Positions 12,147-24,297 of a DNA stretch of 64,000 bases are shown here, one piece after another. The notes under the pieces are model-generated. The model did no database searches. It saw only the letters and a program-made list of their open reading frames with translations, and had not been told where the DNA came from. The DNA is from Octopus sinensis. Its lineage: Eukaryota. The stretch covers positions 89,714,001-89,778,000 of the forward strand of contig NC_043003.1 of assembly GCF_006345805.1 (NCBI RefSeq). The letters are read 5' to 3'. Every line of letters begins with the position of its first letter. Positions within the stretch are counted from its first letter, which is position 1. Both the position numbers and the translations under genes were made by a program.

Positions 12147-12679
12147 AATGCCACACAGCCTCCACCATCTTCTGGCAAAGCAGCTTCCTCTAGACGAATA
12201 TGACAAAAAAAAAAATGCATGTTCGCGAAAGGGGGTGGGGGAGAGGACTTGGAAGATTCACAACGTGAATGTTCCGGGTCTGACCCGGGAACACACACAC
12301 AAAATTTTTTTTAAATTCTTTATGCACACAGTTTGTGTTATTAAATTCTCTTATAGAAATAATTATAACCTTGCGTTGCACATTTCTTGAGTACAAACAG
12401 CAAGTCCATTTCTTGGGTATAAACAAGCAGTCCATGTTTTAGGTATAAACAACAAAATTACAACTTATTATCTTCAGACCTGGCTGAGGTTTGCACCATC
12501 TCATTCAGGCATTTCTTACCCTTGTCTCTCTTCTCTAAAAATTATGTTCAATCCTTCCCTGAATGGTATCCCTCTGGAGCTTCTTCTCTACTCATGTCTT
12601 TATAGCACATGTTCACTTGCAATGACTCAAGAGGAGCATTAGAACACATTGAATGGTATAATCTTTGGTACACCACTCT

Positions 12680-13020
12680 TCTACTTGTTTCAGTTGTGCT
12701 AGGGTTTGCCTTAAAGGATTTTACTCAAACAAATCAACCCCAATGCTTATTTTTTTTAAACTCTCGTACTTATTCTGTTGGACTTTTTTTTCTGAACTGC
12801 TTAGTTACAGGGATGTAAACAAACCAATGCCAGTTGTCAAGTAGTGAGGGTGGGGCACAAAGACACACACACACATACAAAAGACTTCCACAGTTTCTAT
12901 CTACCAAATCCTCTCACTGGGCACTGGTCAGCCTGGGGTCAGGTAGAGTAGAAGGCACTTGCCCAAAGTGCCATGCAGTGGAACTAAACTTGAAACCATC
13001 TTAACCACACAGCCATGTCT
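12680..13020 (-). mobile_element. Older copy of the same SINE family, opposite orientation
   Basis: Reverse-complement similarity to 11754-12146. Confidence 0.7.
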
Positions 13021-13902
13021 AACAAAAAGAAAGAGAACCATTGAGATGGTCATGGTTAGGCTACCATTGGTTCATAAGTTTACTTGATTTGAGCAAAACT
13101 TTTGGCTAAACTACAACATGAAAAGATCAATGTAGTCCATAGCCAAACAACCTCTCTTCTTTTGTTAGGGAGATTTTAAACACAAGGGTTACTGTTTGGG
13201 AGAGGTCTTACTTCTTTACTGTTATGGATATCATATTTTCTTGTATTATATAGTCTGACTCAATTCAGCAGTGCCAAACCAAAAGTATAGAAACTATTAT
13301 TTCACTTCAATGGTATTGATATTAATAACCTCATCAACAAATACTAAAGATGGTGCTATGGCCTTTTCTTTGATAATAACTTTCTTGCTTATTTAAATTC
13401 AATTCATTGCACACTTGCCTTGAACCAACCATTTCGCTTTGCGTGTGTATGTTCTTGATAATTGTTTAGAACAAGTAGTTTTACACTACTTTTTTTCCAG
13501 CCCAGGTCAAACACTATAGTTTAAAGGCCATGGACCGAAGATGTGAATTTGTTTTGTTTTTGTGCCCGGGTCAGACCCAGAACATTCACGATCTGAAATT
13601 TCCGAGCCCTCTCCCCACCCCTCTTTCTCGAGTGCGCATTTTTGTCCTATTCGTTCAGAGCAAGTTGTTTTACACATATTACACTATTTTTTTAAATTTT
13701 TATGACCGGGTCAAACGCTATAGTTTGACCCCAGATTCTCCATAAAATATATTCACTTTCTTTTAAGTTGTGAGGGGAAAAATCGAATCTTGTGAATCCT
13801 CCAAAAGTCCCTCCTCGGTTCGTTTGCGCAACTTCTCCCGCAATATACATCACGGAGTAAAGTTGGAAACCTATAATGGTAACAATGACAAACAGGTCTT
13901 AC

Positions 13903-13978
13903 CAGTCAGTCTTTGCAGTTGTGATGAAGAACTGAGAACCGTTGGTGTTAGGACCAGCATTGGCCATAGACAACATAC
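13903..13978 (-). CDS. PPIA: Cyclophilin A-type PPIase, exon 4
   Basis: [26 protein letters not shown]; AG/GT boundaries, 76 nt, phases consistent. Confidence 0.96.
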
Positions 13979-14056
13979 CTATAAAAGACAAAAAACAGTT
14001 AGACGAAGTACAAAATAAAGAGCTTTTATTACAAAACTACTTAAATTAACACTTAC

Positions 14057-14242
14057 CAGCAACTAAATGTTTCTCCTGGAAGTTTTCGTCTTCAAACTTA
14101 TTACCATAAATACTTTTACCGCCGGTCCCATTTCCACGGGTGAAGTCGCCACCCTGAAGCATGAAACCAGGAATTACACGATGGAACTTACTGCCCTTGT
14201 ATCCAAATCCCTTCTCATGAGTACAGAGTGCTTTGAAGTTTT
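14057..14242 (-). CDS. PPIA: Cyclophilin A-type PPIase, exon 3
   Basis: [62 protein letters not shown]; 186 nt, AG/GTAAGT. Confidence 0.97.
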
Positions 14243-14323
14243 CTGAAAAATAAACATCCCGTTATTTTTAACTAGAACAAATACTAACATATTTCGGTAC
14301 TACTAGCGAACAGTGGTCCCGGT

Positions 14324-15038
14324 GCGCGCACTCGTTAGTCGTAAGTAGTCGATCCTACAACGACTTTTTAACCCTAGTTTCTTTATAAAGATAGGGATCT
14401 TTTCGCTTTGACCAGCAGATTTTTTAAATAACTTCTTTGTAACTAAGCACTTTTAAACTTCGTATACTGGTAGTGTGTTACATAAAACATCCTTTTCTCT
14501 TGGCTTTCTTGAGAAAATTCTGTGGTTTGTAAACTATTTGTTGTTTAATTTCTTGCATTTCGACAATTTCAACCAATCAATGACGTCTAAGTAGTCGATC
14601 CTACGACTTGTAAATATTTTTTTTTTTTTTTTTACACAAAGTAAATAAAAAGCAAATAAAAAATTGAATTTCTTTGGAGACAAAATGGAAAAAGTGGGAA
14701 GGAATGTTTTGAAAGCATTCTGAAGCCCCTTTCACATTCAATTTAAATCAAATGAACTTCATTTTATTTTATTGTTTGGTGGCATTTTCGAATGAATTGC
14801 AAGAACTGTGAGATATTCAATTTTTTATTTACTTTGTTCGAAAAATATTTAATTCGTGTAAGAAAATTATATACATTTAAAAAAAAAAACTGTTTATAAA
14901 AAATAATTTATTTACTTAGTTTAAAAAATTATTTACTTTGCGTTTTAATCGCGCATGTGCGAATCTATTCATTTGCATACGCCCAAGTCGTACGATCTAC
15001 TACTTACGTCTAGCCAGCCCAGATGCGCGGGTGCGCGC
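14324..15038. mobile_element. Foldback/MITE-like element in cyclophilin intron 2
   Basis: GCGCGCAC..TAGTCGTAAGTAGTCGATCCTAC..GACTT is inverted at 14985-15038 and repeated directly at ~14587; internal inverted arms ~14612-14670 and 14815-14850. Confidence 0.65.
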
Positions 15039-15081
15039 TCCGTAAAAAAAATGTCAGTAAAGAATTTAAAATTTCACTCAC

Positions 15082-15112
15082 CAACAGTTTTCGGCACAAT
15101 CTTGTCATAGAG
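15082..15112 (-). CDS. PPIA: Cyclophilin A-type PPIase, exon 2 (31 nt)
   Basis: ctcttcAG|LYDKIVPKTV-G|GTGAGT. Confidence 0.93.
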
Positions 15113-15189
15113 CTGAAGAGAAAAGGAAAAAAAAAACACAAAACAATAACATTACTATATTAAATTCTAAACATTAAGTATATAAAAAA

Positions 15190-16217
15190 AGGCTCACATG
15201 GCGGAGATGTAAATGGAAACCCCACCTTTTTTTTCATTTCTTTTTGACGGAATCCCATTTTAAGTTTTATGGAGATTCAGAGTCTCAAAAACATTTTCAA
15301 AAACTGCAACTTCAAAATTTTACCCCCCCCCCCCCATAATTTCATTTTTCTGAAAAAAAAAAAAAAAAAAAAAAAAATTTTTACGTACAAAAATACAGAA
15401 ATTATAATCCTGGGAAATAAAAAAAACCTGGTCTCTCGATTCTACGGTCTTGGTCTTCAAGCAGGCTATTCACATGCTAGAAATGACAGCCAAATCTCAC
15501 AAAACGGCGATGACAAAAGAAATATGTAATCAATCCTACATTTCTGCAAAGATTTCTTTCAGAGCAATTTCCAGCAGTAATATCAAAATGTAAAATTAAA
15601 GTGTTAACATTTGAGGAAATATTGAAGCAGCTTGCTCCAGAGAAAAGAACGGACTTTTTGAAAACTGCCACAAGTGAAACGGGTTTGCACGAGGTCTTAA
15701 TGAACACTTTCATTTTACTGCCACAGTATCTCTTTGCTATTTTTCGAAAGAGTTTGCGGTTATATTTCTGCTCTCATATTTTTTGCAACTTTCACAAAAA
15801 AAACAACCCACCCCACACACAATTTCACTTTATATTCCTGCGGGAAATTCCTTTCTGCAGAAAGGTGAATAGATTGATTACAGATTTCTTTCCTGGTTAT
15901 CGCAGTTGAGATTTGGCTGTTATTTCTAGCATGTGAATAGCCTGCAATGAAGGCCAAGGCCGGAGAATCGAGGAGGTTGGGGTACTTTTTTTTTTTTTTT
16001 TTTTTATAGAATTGAAATTTTTACAATTTTTCAAAATAATTTTTGTACGTATTTTGGGAATAAAAAATCCGGAAAAAGTGAAATATGAAGGAATGAGGGG
16101 AAGGGAAAAGTTCCGATTTTAGATTTTTTTTTTCAGAATCGGAATCTCCATAGCCTAATTCCTGGGATTCCGTAATGGAAAAAAAGGGTTCCGTTTATAT
16201 CTCTGCCATGTGAGACT
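15190..16217. mobile_element. ~1-kb foldback element with long imperfect inverted arms in cyclophilin intron 1
   Basis: CTCACATGGCGGAGAT.. versus ..ATCTCTGCCATGTGAG; GCAGGCTATTCACATGCTAGAAAT (15461) is mirrored at 15920-15945. Confidence 0.85.
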
Positions 16218-16525
16218 AAACTTGCCCCATTCACAATTTACGAGAGAGTAAGAAGAAAAAAGAAGAAGAGCCATTTTGTATAATTGGAGAAAATTCTGTG
16301 CGCGCCATATTTAGAGCAGAAGTGGGAGCAAGTGAAAAAGAAAATCATCATTTTATGGTGAGATTTAAAATAAGTTCGAAAAAAAAAATGTAATTAGTAA
16401 TCTAAACTAGCAAGTTCTAGAAAAATCGTTGCCAGTTTCAAAATTAAAAAAGAAAAACATTCTCGCAGGCGACGCGTTAAATTAACTTAAATGAAACGAC
16501 GTTAAAACGAAAAAAAAGACCTTAC

Positions 16526-16612
16526 CTCAAATATAATCCTCTCGCTTCCGTGTCTTCCTCCCTCACCAATATCAACATCAAAATAGCATCTAGTAGAACC
16601 TTTATCAGACAT
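16526..16612 (-). CDS. PPIA: Cyclophilin A-type PPIase, exon 1
   Basis: MSDKGSTRCYFDVDIGEGGRHGSERIIFE|GTAAG. The five exons total 513 nt = 170 aa plus stop. The symbol is family-level; orthology is not proven. Confidence 0.93.
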
Positions 16613-16689
16613 TCTGGTAAAGAGCGAGCGACAGAAAAAACGGAGAATGATTGACTTCTTTGAAGATGCGAACACTGCAAAGGTACAAC

Positions 16690-16730
16690 GGTAATTGGAT
16701 GCAGCACGAATCACGCTCTATTTATATATA
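16690..16730 (-). promoter_or_regulatory. Putative TATA box and initiator of the cyclophilin gene
   Basis: TATATATAAA (16730-16721) lies ~30 nt upstream of CCAATT (~16695) and is followed by a pyrimidine-rich 5' UTR. Confidence 0.55.
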
Positions 16731-18609
16731 CGAGCCGTTCAGGAAGTTTCTATTATGTTCTGTCGGTTTAAAATTCGTCTCTTTCCCACATATTCTTCAT
16801 TTCAAATTCGTTTCGATTTTGAAAATCTTGTAAAATACATTTCTTTTATTAATCAAATATGGTTTTATAATCGGTAATTTTATTTCAATATAGGAACTAT
16901 TTTGTTTAGCGTAGCTTTTCGTAAATTCGGTCAGTTGGCGTGCTGGATGTCCTCAGCAGACAAAATGTTGACCCTGTATCTCTCTTATAATGGTTGCTCT
17001 GTAATAAATCATTAATTTTCTTTTACGAAAAAAAAAAATTCACAAGTTAACAATATAAGAGTTATGTTATATATACACACCTACTTATATTTGATTATTA
17101 ATTCCAGAGCATTATATAAGAAATCAATGTATATTATTATTTCATCGCATATTATGCATTCGAGAAATTTCCTCGTGCTTCTTTATTAGAAGAAAGCACT
17201 TCAGCCTTTATGGAATTCGTTTTACGTTCTGAAAATATTTCCATATCGAAGCTATTAACTATTAACAGTGTGGTAATTATACAATCAGAAACGGGAACCT
17301 AGTTGCCGCTTAAATAGCTGGTCGTCGGTATTTTTACTGTCCCACGTGTTATGTCTGAATTTTAAAATTGGTAGAATATGAACTCGCGGGCAAAGCTATG
17401 AGATTCATGCGTTTTTGCAAAAGAGCTTTAGCAATGAATGGAGTGAAAAAGAAATTACTATAATTATAAACCATCATTGAAATGTCTTGGACAAAAAATC
17501 GACTTAATAGTATTTATTTACCTCTACTTCAATCTGAAGTATTTAATAAATTATGCAAAATATGAATTGTTTTAATTTAAAGTTGTAGGTATTATTAAAT
17601 CATTGAAAAAAAAAGGTATTTTATTCTTTATGGTCACAATGCTTTTCTGGAGAGATTGTTGTTGAGGAAAGTGACAATGAAACAAAACTGAGGAGCATTT
17701 AAAACCATCGTATGACAGGGATGGCAATTAAAACCTCAACAGAAAAATTTATGTGGTCGCTCTACGAGAAAGTGGAATGTCCTTCAATCACACGACTATC
17801 TGAAGGAAAAACACGAACAATTTAGTTTTTATATGAATTTTCTAGGAAAAGAAAGGCGGATGGTTATGACTAGAATTTCTGTTCCATGGTCTGCTGGTTG
17901 AATGCGGATATGGACTAAAACAACAATACAATCTATCTCAGTACTACTAGAATGTGCAGGAAATCTCACACACTGGCGACATGATTGTCTATCGCTCAAT
18001 AATGGTGCAGAGGAAAAGAAAGGCCAATTTGACTTATTTCCAGTTATTTATTATAGAAAATAGGCTTATTTCTTAGATTCAAAAAATACCTACAGCTGAA
18101 GGGAACGTAAATGGTCCATGTTAGCAAAAAGGGGTTACTATTTCTAAAATATGATCGTCGCTAGCGGTAGAAGTGAATTCTGGTGTTGCACTCGGTTTCT
18201 TTATTCTTCCACATGATTTCAAAATATTTTTCATTCCTTCTGTGTCCGCTTACAATATATCAATTCATTGTATATGTATAAATGCGTAATGTATAAAAAT
18301 ATATCATGCATATCGCCCAGCTGTAAGGAGTGATTTTAATGATTTCAATAATTTATATTATGATTTTTTGTAATTGTATTACTATCTTATATGTATTGAA
18401 TTATAATGTATATATGTATGCTATTAAGGTTCTCATTTTTGTTAAATGAATAAATAAGTCAACATTCTAATATCCGAAAGCTGATGATGGCATAAAAAGA
18501 AAATGACTCCCCAGACACAACAGAATATACGGATATATATATATATATATTAGAAGAAATGAGGTATTCAGAAATTCGGGTGGTTTTATATTTACAGATA
18601 TTTATTTGT

Positions 18610-18973
18610 ATACTCTTTTACTTGTTTCAGTCATTTGACTGCGGCCATGCTGGAGCACCGCCTTTAGTCGAGCAAATCGACCCCGGGACTTCTTCTTTGT
18701 AAGCCCAGTACTTATTCTATCGGTCTCTTTTGCTGAACCGCTAAGTGACGGGGACGTAAGCACACCAGCATCGGTTGTCAAGCAATGCTAGGGGAACAAA
18801 CACAGACACACAAACACACACATACATATATACGACAGGCTTCTTTCAATTTCCGTCTATCAAATCCACTCACAAGGCATTGGTCGGCCCGGGGCTATAG
18901 CAGAAGACACTTGCCCAAGATGCCACGCAGTGGGACTGAACTGGGAACCATGTGGTTGGTTAGCAAGCTACTT
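18610..18973 (-). mobile_element. CORE-type SINE interrupted by an insertion; its head resumes at 21338-21372
   Basis: Colinear with the intact copy at 46855-47252; breaks at GGTTAGCAAGCTACTT. Confidence 0.92.
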
Positions 18974-21337
18974 TATTTCATCTAATTTGCCACAAGGGCA
19001 TTACACAGATGGCAGCTTTGCGGGCTGGACATGGACATTCATGGTATGAATGATGATGATGATGATGGGAGAAGACGAAAAGCGCCCGCCAACTTTCGCT
19101 TCTCTAAAACAATGTTCTTTTTTCAAAACACAATGAGGCAATAAACCTCTTACTTAAACAACACAATGCTCAGAATTCTTTCTTTTTTAAAACACACAGA
19201 AAGTCACATGTTTCACATTTTCTAGACTCGTTTAGGTTATCCGGCCGACCAGTATCCTTGCTTCATTGAAGCATGCACCCGGTTCCAGGCCGGACCACAC
19301 AGGTATAAATTTATTGGAGTCCTCCGGGAAGGAATTCATGATCCTGCACAGATCACTATCCCATAGGACCTCTGCAGCCACCTGCGAAGGCCACTCAGGA
19401 TCCTCCGTGCAGGACAGAAGCCCCTCCTTTCCATTTTCTTTACTTCGTTTTCTATGGTTCCTCCTTTGTGGAAGAGGACCACATATTCATCCTCCAGCGG
19501 CACACCCGCCTGAGGAGGATTGGGAAACGCCGTCCACGTGTCACCACCCGCCAGCGATGTCCCGTTTTTCTTCTTTCTTTTTTTCTTTTTTCCCTGGGCC
19601 GCGAGAGGGTGAGGTTCCTGTGACGCACGCAACAGGTCCTCCTTTTATCCCGCAGCCCTCGGGTCCTCCGGTGGGCTACCATTGTTGCACACCTTTCGTT
19701 TTCGTTTTTTGGAGGATGTAGAAACCTCCTCGTCATCCTTCTCCTTCTCTCCCTCCATTGAGGGAGCAGGGAGAGATTCCACTATTAACTGCTCCAGGAT
19801 CTTATTTTGGTCCTTGAGGCAGTTTTTCTTAATGTGGCCGGTCTCCAGGCACAGGTGACACTTGGGGGGGGGCGTCCTTCGAGCATCACCGGATACCTAG
19901 ACCCAGCCATCCTCGAAAAATCTGGAAAGACCAGACTTCCGACTGATTGGGTCCATAGGGTCAAAACAGCTTCTGACCCCTCCCAATCAGCCGCAGGCAA
20001 CACTTTCACATTCAGCAGCTTGGTACTGCTACCACCCAGACCCCGGCGGATAGAGTCCTCTATCCACTCAGGCTCAACTGCGGGTGGCAAACCGCAGATC
20101 CAAGCTTTCAATAATTTCTTTCCACAGTAGCTTGGAAGAAACATTATTTCCTCGCCCTCGAGGGGCTGACTTGCAAAATCGCAAGCTTCTTGGGGGGAGT
20201 CAAATAGCAACCAGACCATTGCATATTTGACTCCCCGTGAAATAAATTTAATGGCTGGCATGTAATCTGCCAGCTCATTCAAAATCATGGCCCTCGGGAA
20301 GAATAAGTCCTCAACACAATGGTCTTCCTTTCAAGCTCTTTTAACCATTTTTTGGGAGGTGTCAAGTCCCACACAAGAAATTCCTTTGCCATTTCAACAC
20401 AAAGTTCAATTACAGTTCAAAATGTAAGAAAATAAAATAGGACACAAAAAAAGAAGAAGGAAAGACACAACAGAAGGGAAGAAATAAAATAAAAATAACA
20501 GTTCAAAAAAAGTTCTTTTTTTTTTAATTAAACGAAAGCTTTGAAGAAGAGAGTTCAAATCCAGGCAAAGAAATAAATTAATTTTTGGCCGAAAAGGTAC
20601 TCCTGGCCAAATGTACATAGGTTCCTTGGTATGAATCGTTTTTACCCATAATTGGTAAAAGAAATCCAATGAATCCAAACACAATACTGGCTACAGCCAA
20701 CGGTAACTGCAACAGCAACTGTAACAGGTTCTAATCATTCGGGCGAGGATACGCCCCTCTACTGTTTTTTTTTTTAAAATGAATCCAAAAAATTCACACT
20801 AAATTCACAAAACAGCAGCCGCCAAGAGCAGGTGAAATTGTCCCAGTAATGGGCGAAATTTGTTAACAAAAAATTATAATATAACAAATTACACCCAGCT
20901 CAACCGAAAACAAATCCACCTACCTCTACGGTCTTATGTTGTTCTTTTTTTCCAGTTCAATATTGGCCAGAGCCAACACACTCACGTCCACCTTGCAAAA
21001 AGAGTCCTTCCTGCCTTGGTAATCCACAGACACGAAGATAATTTTCGCAAAGAAATTAATTTTTGCGGAGGGGCTACTCCTCCTCAAAAACACAATTCTC
21101 ACTGCAAAGTGAGTCTTTATAGGTGGCCACAGGCAGGCAAATGTCTGGAGCAGAGTGGAGTCTATTACTCACCAAAAAATATTAAATACATGGCAACAAA
21201 CTCCACTAAGCCCTCAAGAAAATACAACAAATGCCTACCTGTAGTCGAGTCTCAAATTTCAATATTTCACGACGAAAGACGTGACATCAAGCAGCAAGAA
21301 CTCTCCGCCAAAAACAAACACGTCCGTCTCCAACAAA
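18974..21337 (-). mobile_element. Full-length ORF1-only non-autonomous retroposon (HAL1-like), 2364 bp, 16-bp TSD
   Basis: TSD GGTTAGCAAGC(T/C)ACTT at 18958-18973 and 21338-21353; ~950-nt 5' UTR, one disrupted ORF, 3' end CCCTTGTGGC..AATAAA; no endonuclease or RT sequence. Confidence 0.85.
19232..20392 (-). pseudogene. Tx1-like ORF1 protein (RRM-like region plus CCHC zinc knuckle), frameshifted
   Basis: MAKEFLVWDLTPPKKWLKELERKTIVLRTYS / LNELADYMPAIKFISRGVKY..YPVMLEGRP / KCHLCLETGHIKKNC..LVGRIT*. Frameshifts near 20295 and in the G-run at ~19865. Confidence 0.8.
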
Positions 21338-21374
21338 GGTTAGCAAGCCACTTACCACACAGCCACTCCTGCGC

Positions 21375-21377
<3 letters not shown>

Positions 21378-21414
<37 letters not shown>

Positions 21415-21445
21415 TATATATATGTGTATATATATATTATATATG

Positions 21446-21526
<81 letters not shown>

Positions 21527-21533
21527 GTATATA

Positions 21534-21577
<44 letters not shown>

Positions 21578-21596
21578 TATATATATATATAATATG

Positions 21597-21652
<56 letters not shown>
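21378..21652. repeat. (TA)n microsatellite
   Basis: Seen directly. Confidence 0.98.
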
Positions 21653-21653
<1 letters not shown>

Positions 21654-21654
21654 T

Positions 21655-24206
21655 GTATCAGACTGCCAAAAGAGAAGCTAAGAGACAGGTTTATTTAGCC
21701 AGAGGGGAAGCAGATAAGAAAAAATTTGCCAATGTTCTGCGCCGTGAGGACCAAAGACTGGAGGTGTTTCGCGTTGCAAGACAGTGTGTGAGAGAGAATC
21801 GTGATGTGGTAGGAGAGAAGTGTGTTCGCATGGAAGATGGTTCACTTGCGCTAAATGAGGATGCAAAGAGAGAGGCTTGGAGATGCCACTATGAAAGTTT
21901 GCTGAATAAAGAAAATGAATGGGATAAAGAGAGTCTGCCGAATGTTGACCCAACAGAGGGACCAGCTATCCGAGTTGATAGTTCCGTGGTAGCTAAGGCA
22001 ATTAGAAGCATGAAGACAGGAAAAGCCCCAGGCCCATCAGGAATCACTGCAGAGATGCTCAAAATGTCTGGTAGTGTCGGCTATAGCCTAGTCACTCATA
22101 TAGTTAATCAGGTGATACACAAAGGAGTCATACCCAATGACTGGTGTAGCAGCATAATAGTCAACTGCTACAAAGGTAAAGGTGACGCCCTAGATACAAA
22201 TAATTACAGAGGTATCAAGCTGTTGGATCAGGTGATGAAAGTTACGGAGAGGGTCATAGCCCAACTAATTAGAGAGAGAGTTAGTTTAGATGAGATGCAG
22301 TTTGGGTTTGTGCCAGGGAAAAGTACTACTGATGCTATATTCCTGGTAAGGCAGCTGCAGGAGAAATACCTAGCCAAAGATAAGCCCCTGTACCTGGCTT
22401 TTGTTGACATGGAGAAAGCCTTCGACAGGGTCCCCCGATCCCTTATCTGGTGGGCAATGAGGAAACTAGGGATAGATGAATGGTTAGTGAGAGCTGTGCG
22501 GGCCATGTATAGGGACGCTGCTAGTAGGGTGAGGGTTGGAAACGAGTACAGTGAAGAATTCCGGGTAGAGGTAGGGGTCCACCAAGGCTCAGTACTCAGC
22601 CCCCTCCTATTTATCATAGTCCTCCAGGCAATAACGGAGGAATTCAAGACAGGATGCCCTTGGGAGCTCCTCTATGCTGATGACCTTGCTCTAATTGCTG
22701 AGTCGCTATCAGAACTGGAGGAGAAGTTTCAGGTGTGGAAACAAGGATTAGAATCAAAGGGCCTCAGAGTCAATCTAGCTAAAACCAAAGTCGTAATCAG
22801 TAGGAAGGTAGACAAATCACACACGCCTTCAGGTAGATGGCCCTGCTCGATCTGTAGAAAAGGTGTAGGTAGAAACTCTATAAGATGCACCAAGTGTAAG
22901 CTATGGACACATAAGAGGTGCAGCAATGTCAAAGGAAGGCTAACTAGGAAGATGGTTTTTGTATGTGGCAGATGCTCAGGAACAATAAACACTGAAAATG
23001 CTCTGAGACCAACTTCCGTCACTTTCCAGGGAGAAAAACTAGAAATAGTTGATAGTTTCCATTACCTAGGTGACCAAGTCAGCAGCGGGGGCGGGTGTGC
23101 TGAAAGTGTAACTGCTAGAGTAAGAATAGCTTGGGCAAAGTTCAGAGAGCTCTTACCCCTGCTGGTGACAAAAGGCCTCTCGCACAGAGTGAAAGCCAGA
23201 CTGTATGATGCGTGTGTACGAACAGCCATGCTACATGGCAGTGAAACATGGGCCGTGACTGCTGAGGATATGCATAAGCTCGCAAGAAATAAAGCCAGTA
23301 TGCTCCGATGGATGTGTAATGTCAGTGTTCATAATCGACAGAGTGTAAGTACCTTGAGAGAAAAGCTGGACCTAAGAAGCATCAGTTGTGGTGTGCAAGA
23401 GAGACGATTGCGCTGGTATGGTCATGTGGCGAGAATGGATGAAGATAGTTGTGTGAAAAAGTGCCACACCCTAGCGGTTGAGGGAACCTGTGGAAGAGGC
23501 AGACCCAGGAAAACCTGGGACGAGGTGGTGAAGCACGACCTTCGAACTTTAGGTCTCACTGAGGAAATGACTAGAGACCGAGTCCTATGGAAGTGTGCTG
23601 TGCGCGAGAAGACCCGGCAGGACAAGTGAGTCCATAACCCGTGGCCTTCTACTTGGGATGGAGCCAGCCTACGTATGCATACCTTCCCTTCTTGGGACAC
23701 AAAACTCTACTTGTGAAGACCTGTTGAGGCAAGTGAGGATCAGAATCGAAATCGATCAATGGAAATTGCAGATGTGTTACCAGTGCTGGTGGCATGTCGA
23801 AACTCTACTTGTGAAGACCCGTTGAGGCAAGTGAGGATCAGAATGGAAATCGATCAATGGAAATTGCAGATGTGTTACCAGTGCCGGTGGCATGTAAGAG
23901 AACCTTCCGTTTCGTGACCGTTGCCAGCACCGCCCCGTTTTGTGTCCGTTGCCAGCTTCGCCTGGCCCTTGTGCCGGTGGCACATAAAAAGCACCATCCG
24001 TTCGTGGCCGTTTGCCAGCTCTGTCTGGCATCTGTGCGGGTGGCACGTAAAAAGCACCCACTACACTCACGGAGTGGTTGGCGTTAGGAAGGGCATCCAG
24101 CCATAGAAACACTGCCAGATTTGACTGGGCCTGATGAAGCCTTCTGGCTTCACAGACCCCAGTAGAACCGTCCAACCCATGCTAGCATGGAAAACGGACG
24201 CTAAAC

Positions 24207-24247
<41 letters not shown>
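21655..24247 (+). mobile_element. RTE-clade LINE, 5'-truncated, young; intact 658-codon RT frame (21653-23629) with PHD finger; (GAT)n tail
   Basis: KAPGPSGI, NYRGIKLL, FVDMEKAFDRV, GVHQGSVLSP, LLYADD, RRLRWYGHV, GRGRPRKTW; flanked on both sides by (TA)n. Confidence 0.96.

Positions 24248-24297
<50 letters not shown>

Noticed and set aside
20860-21408. 182-aa + strand ORF
   Set aside because: Antisense to the 5' UTR of the ORF1-only element and runs into the SINE and (TA)n; no recognisable motifs.
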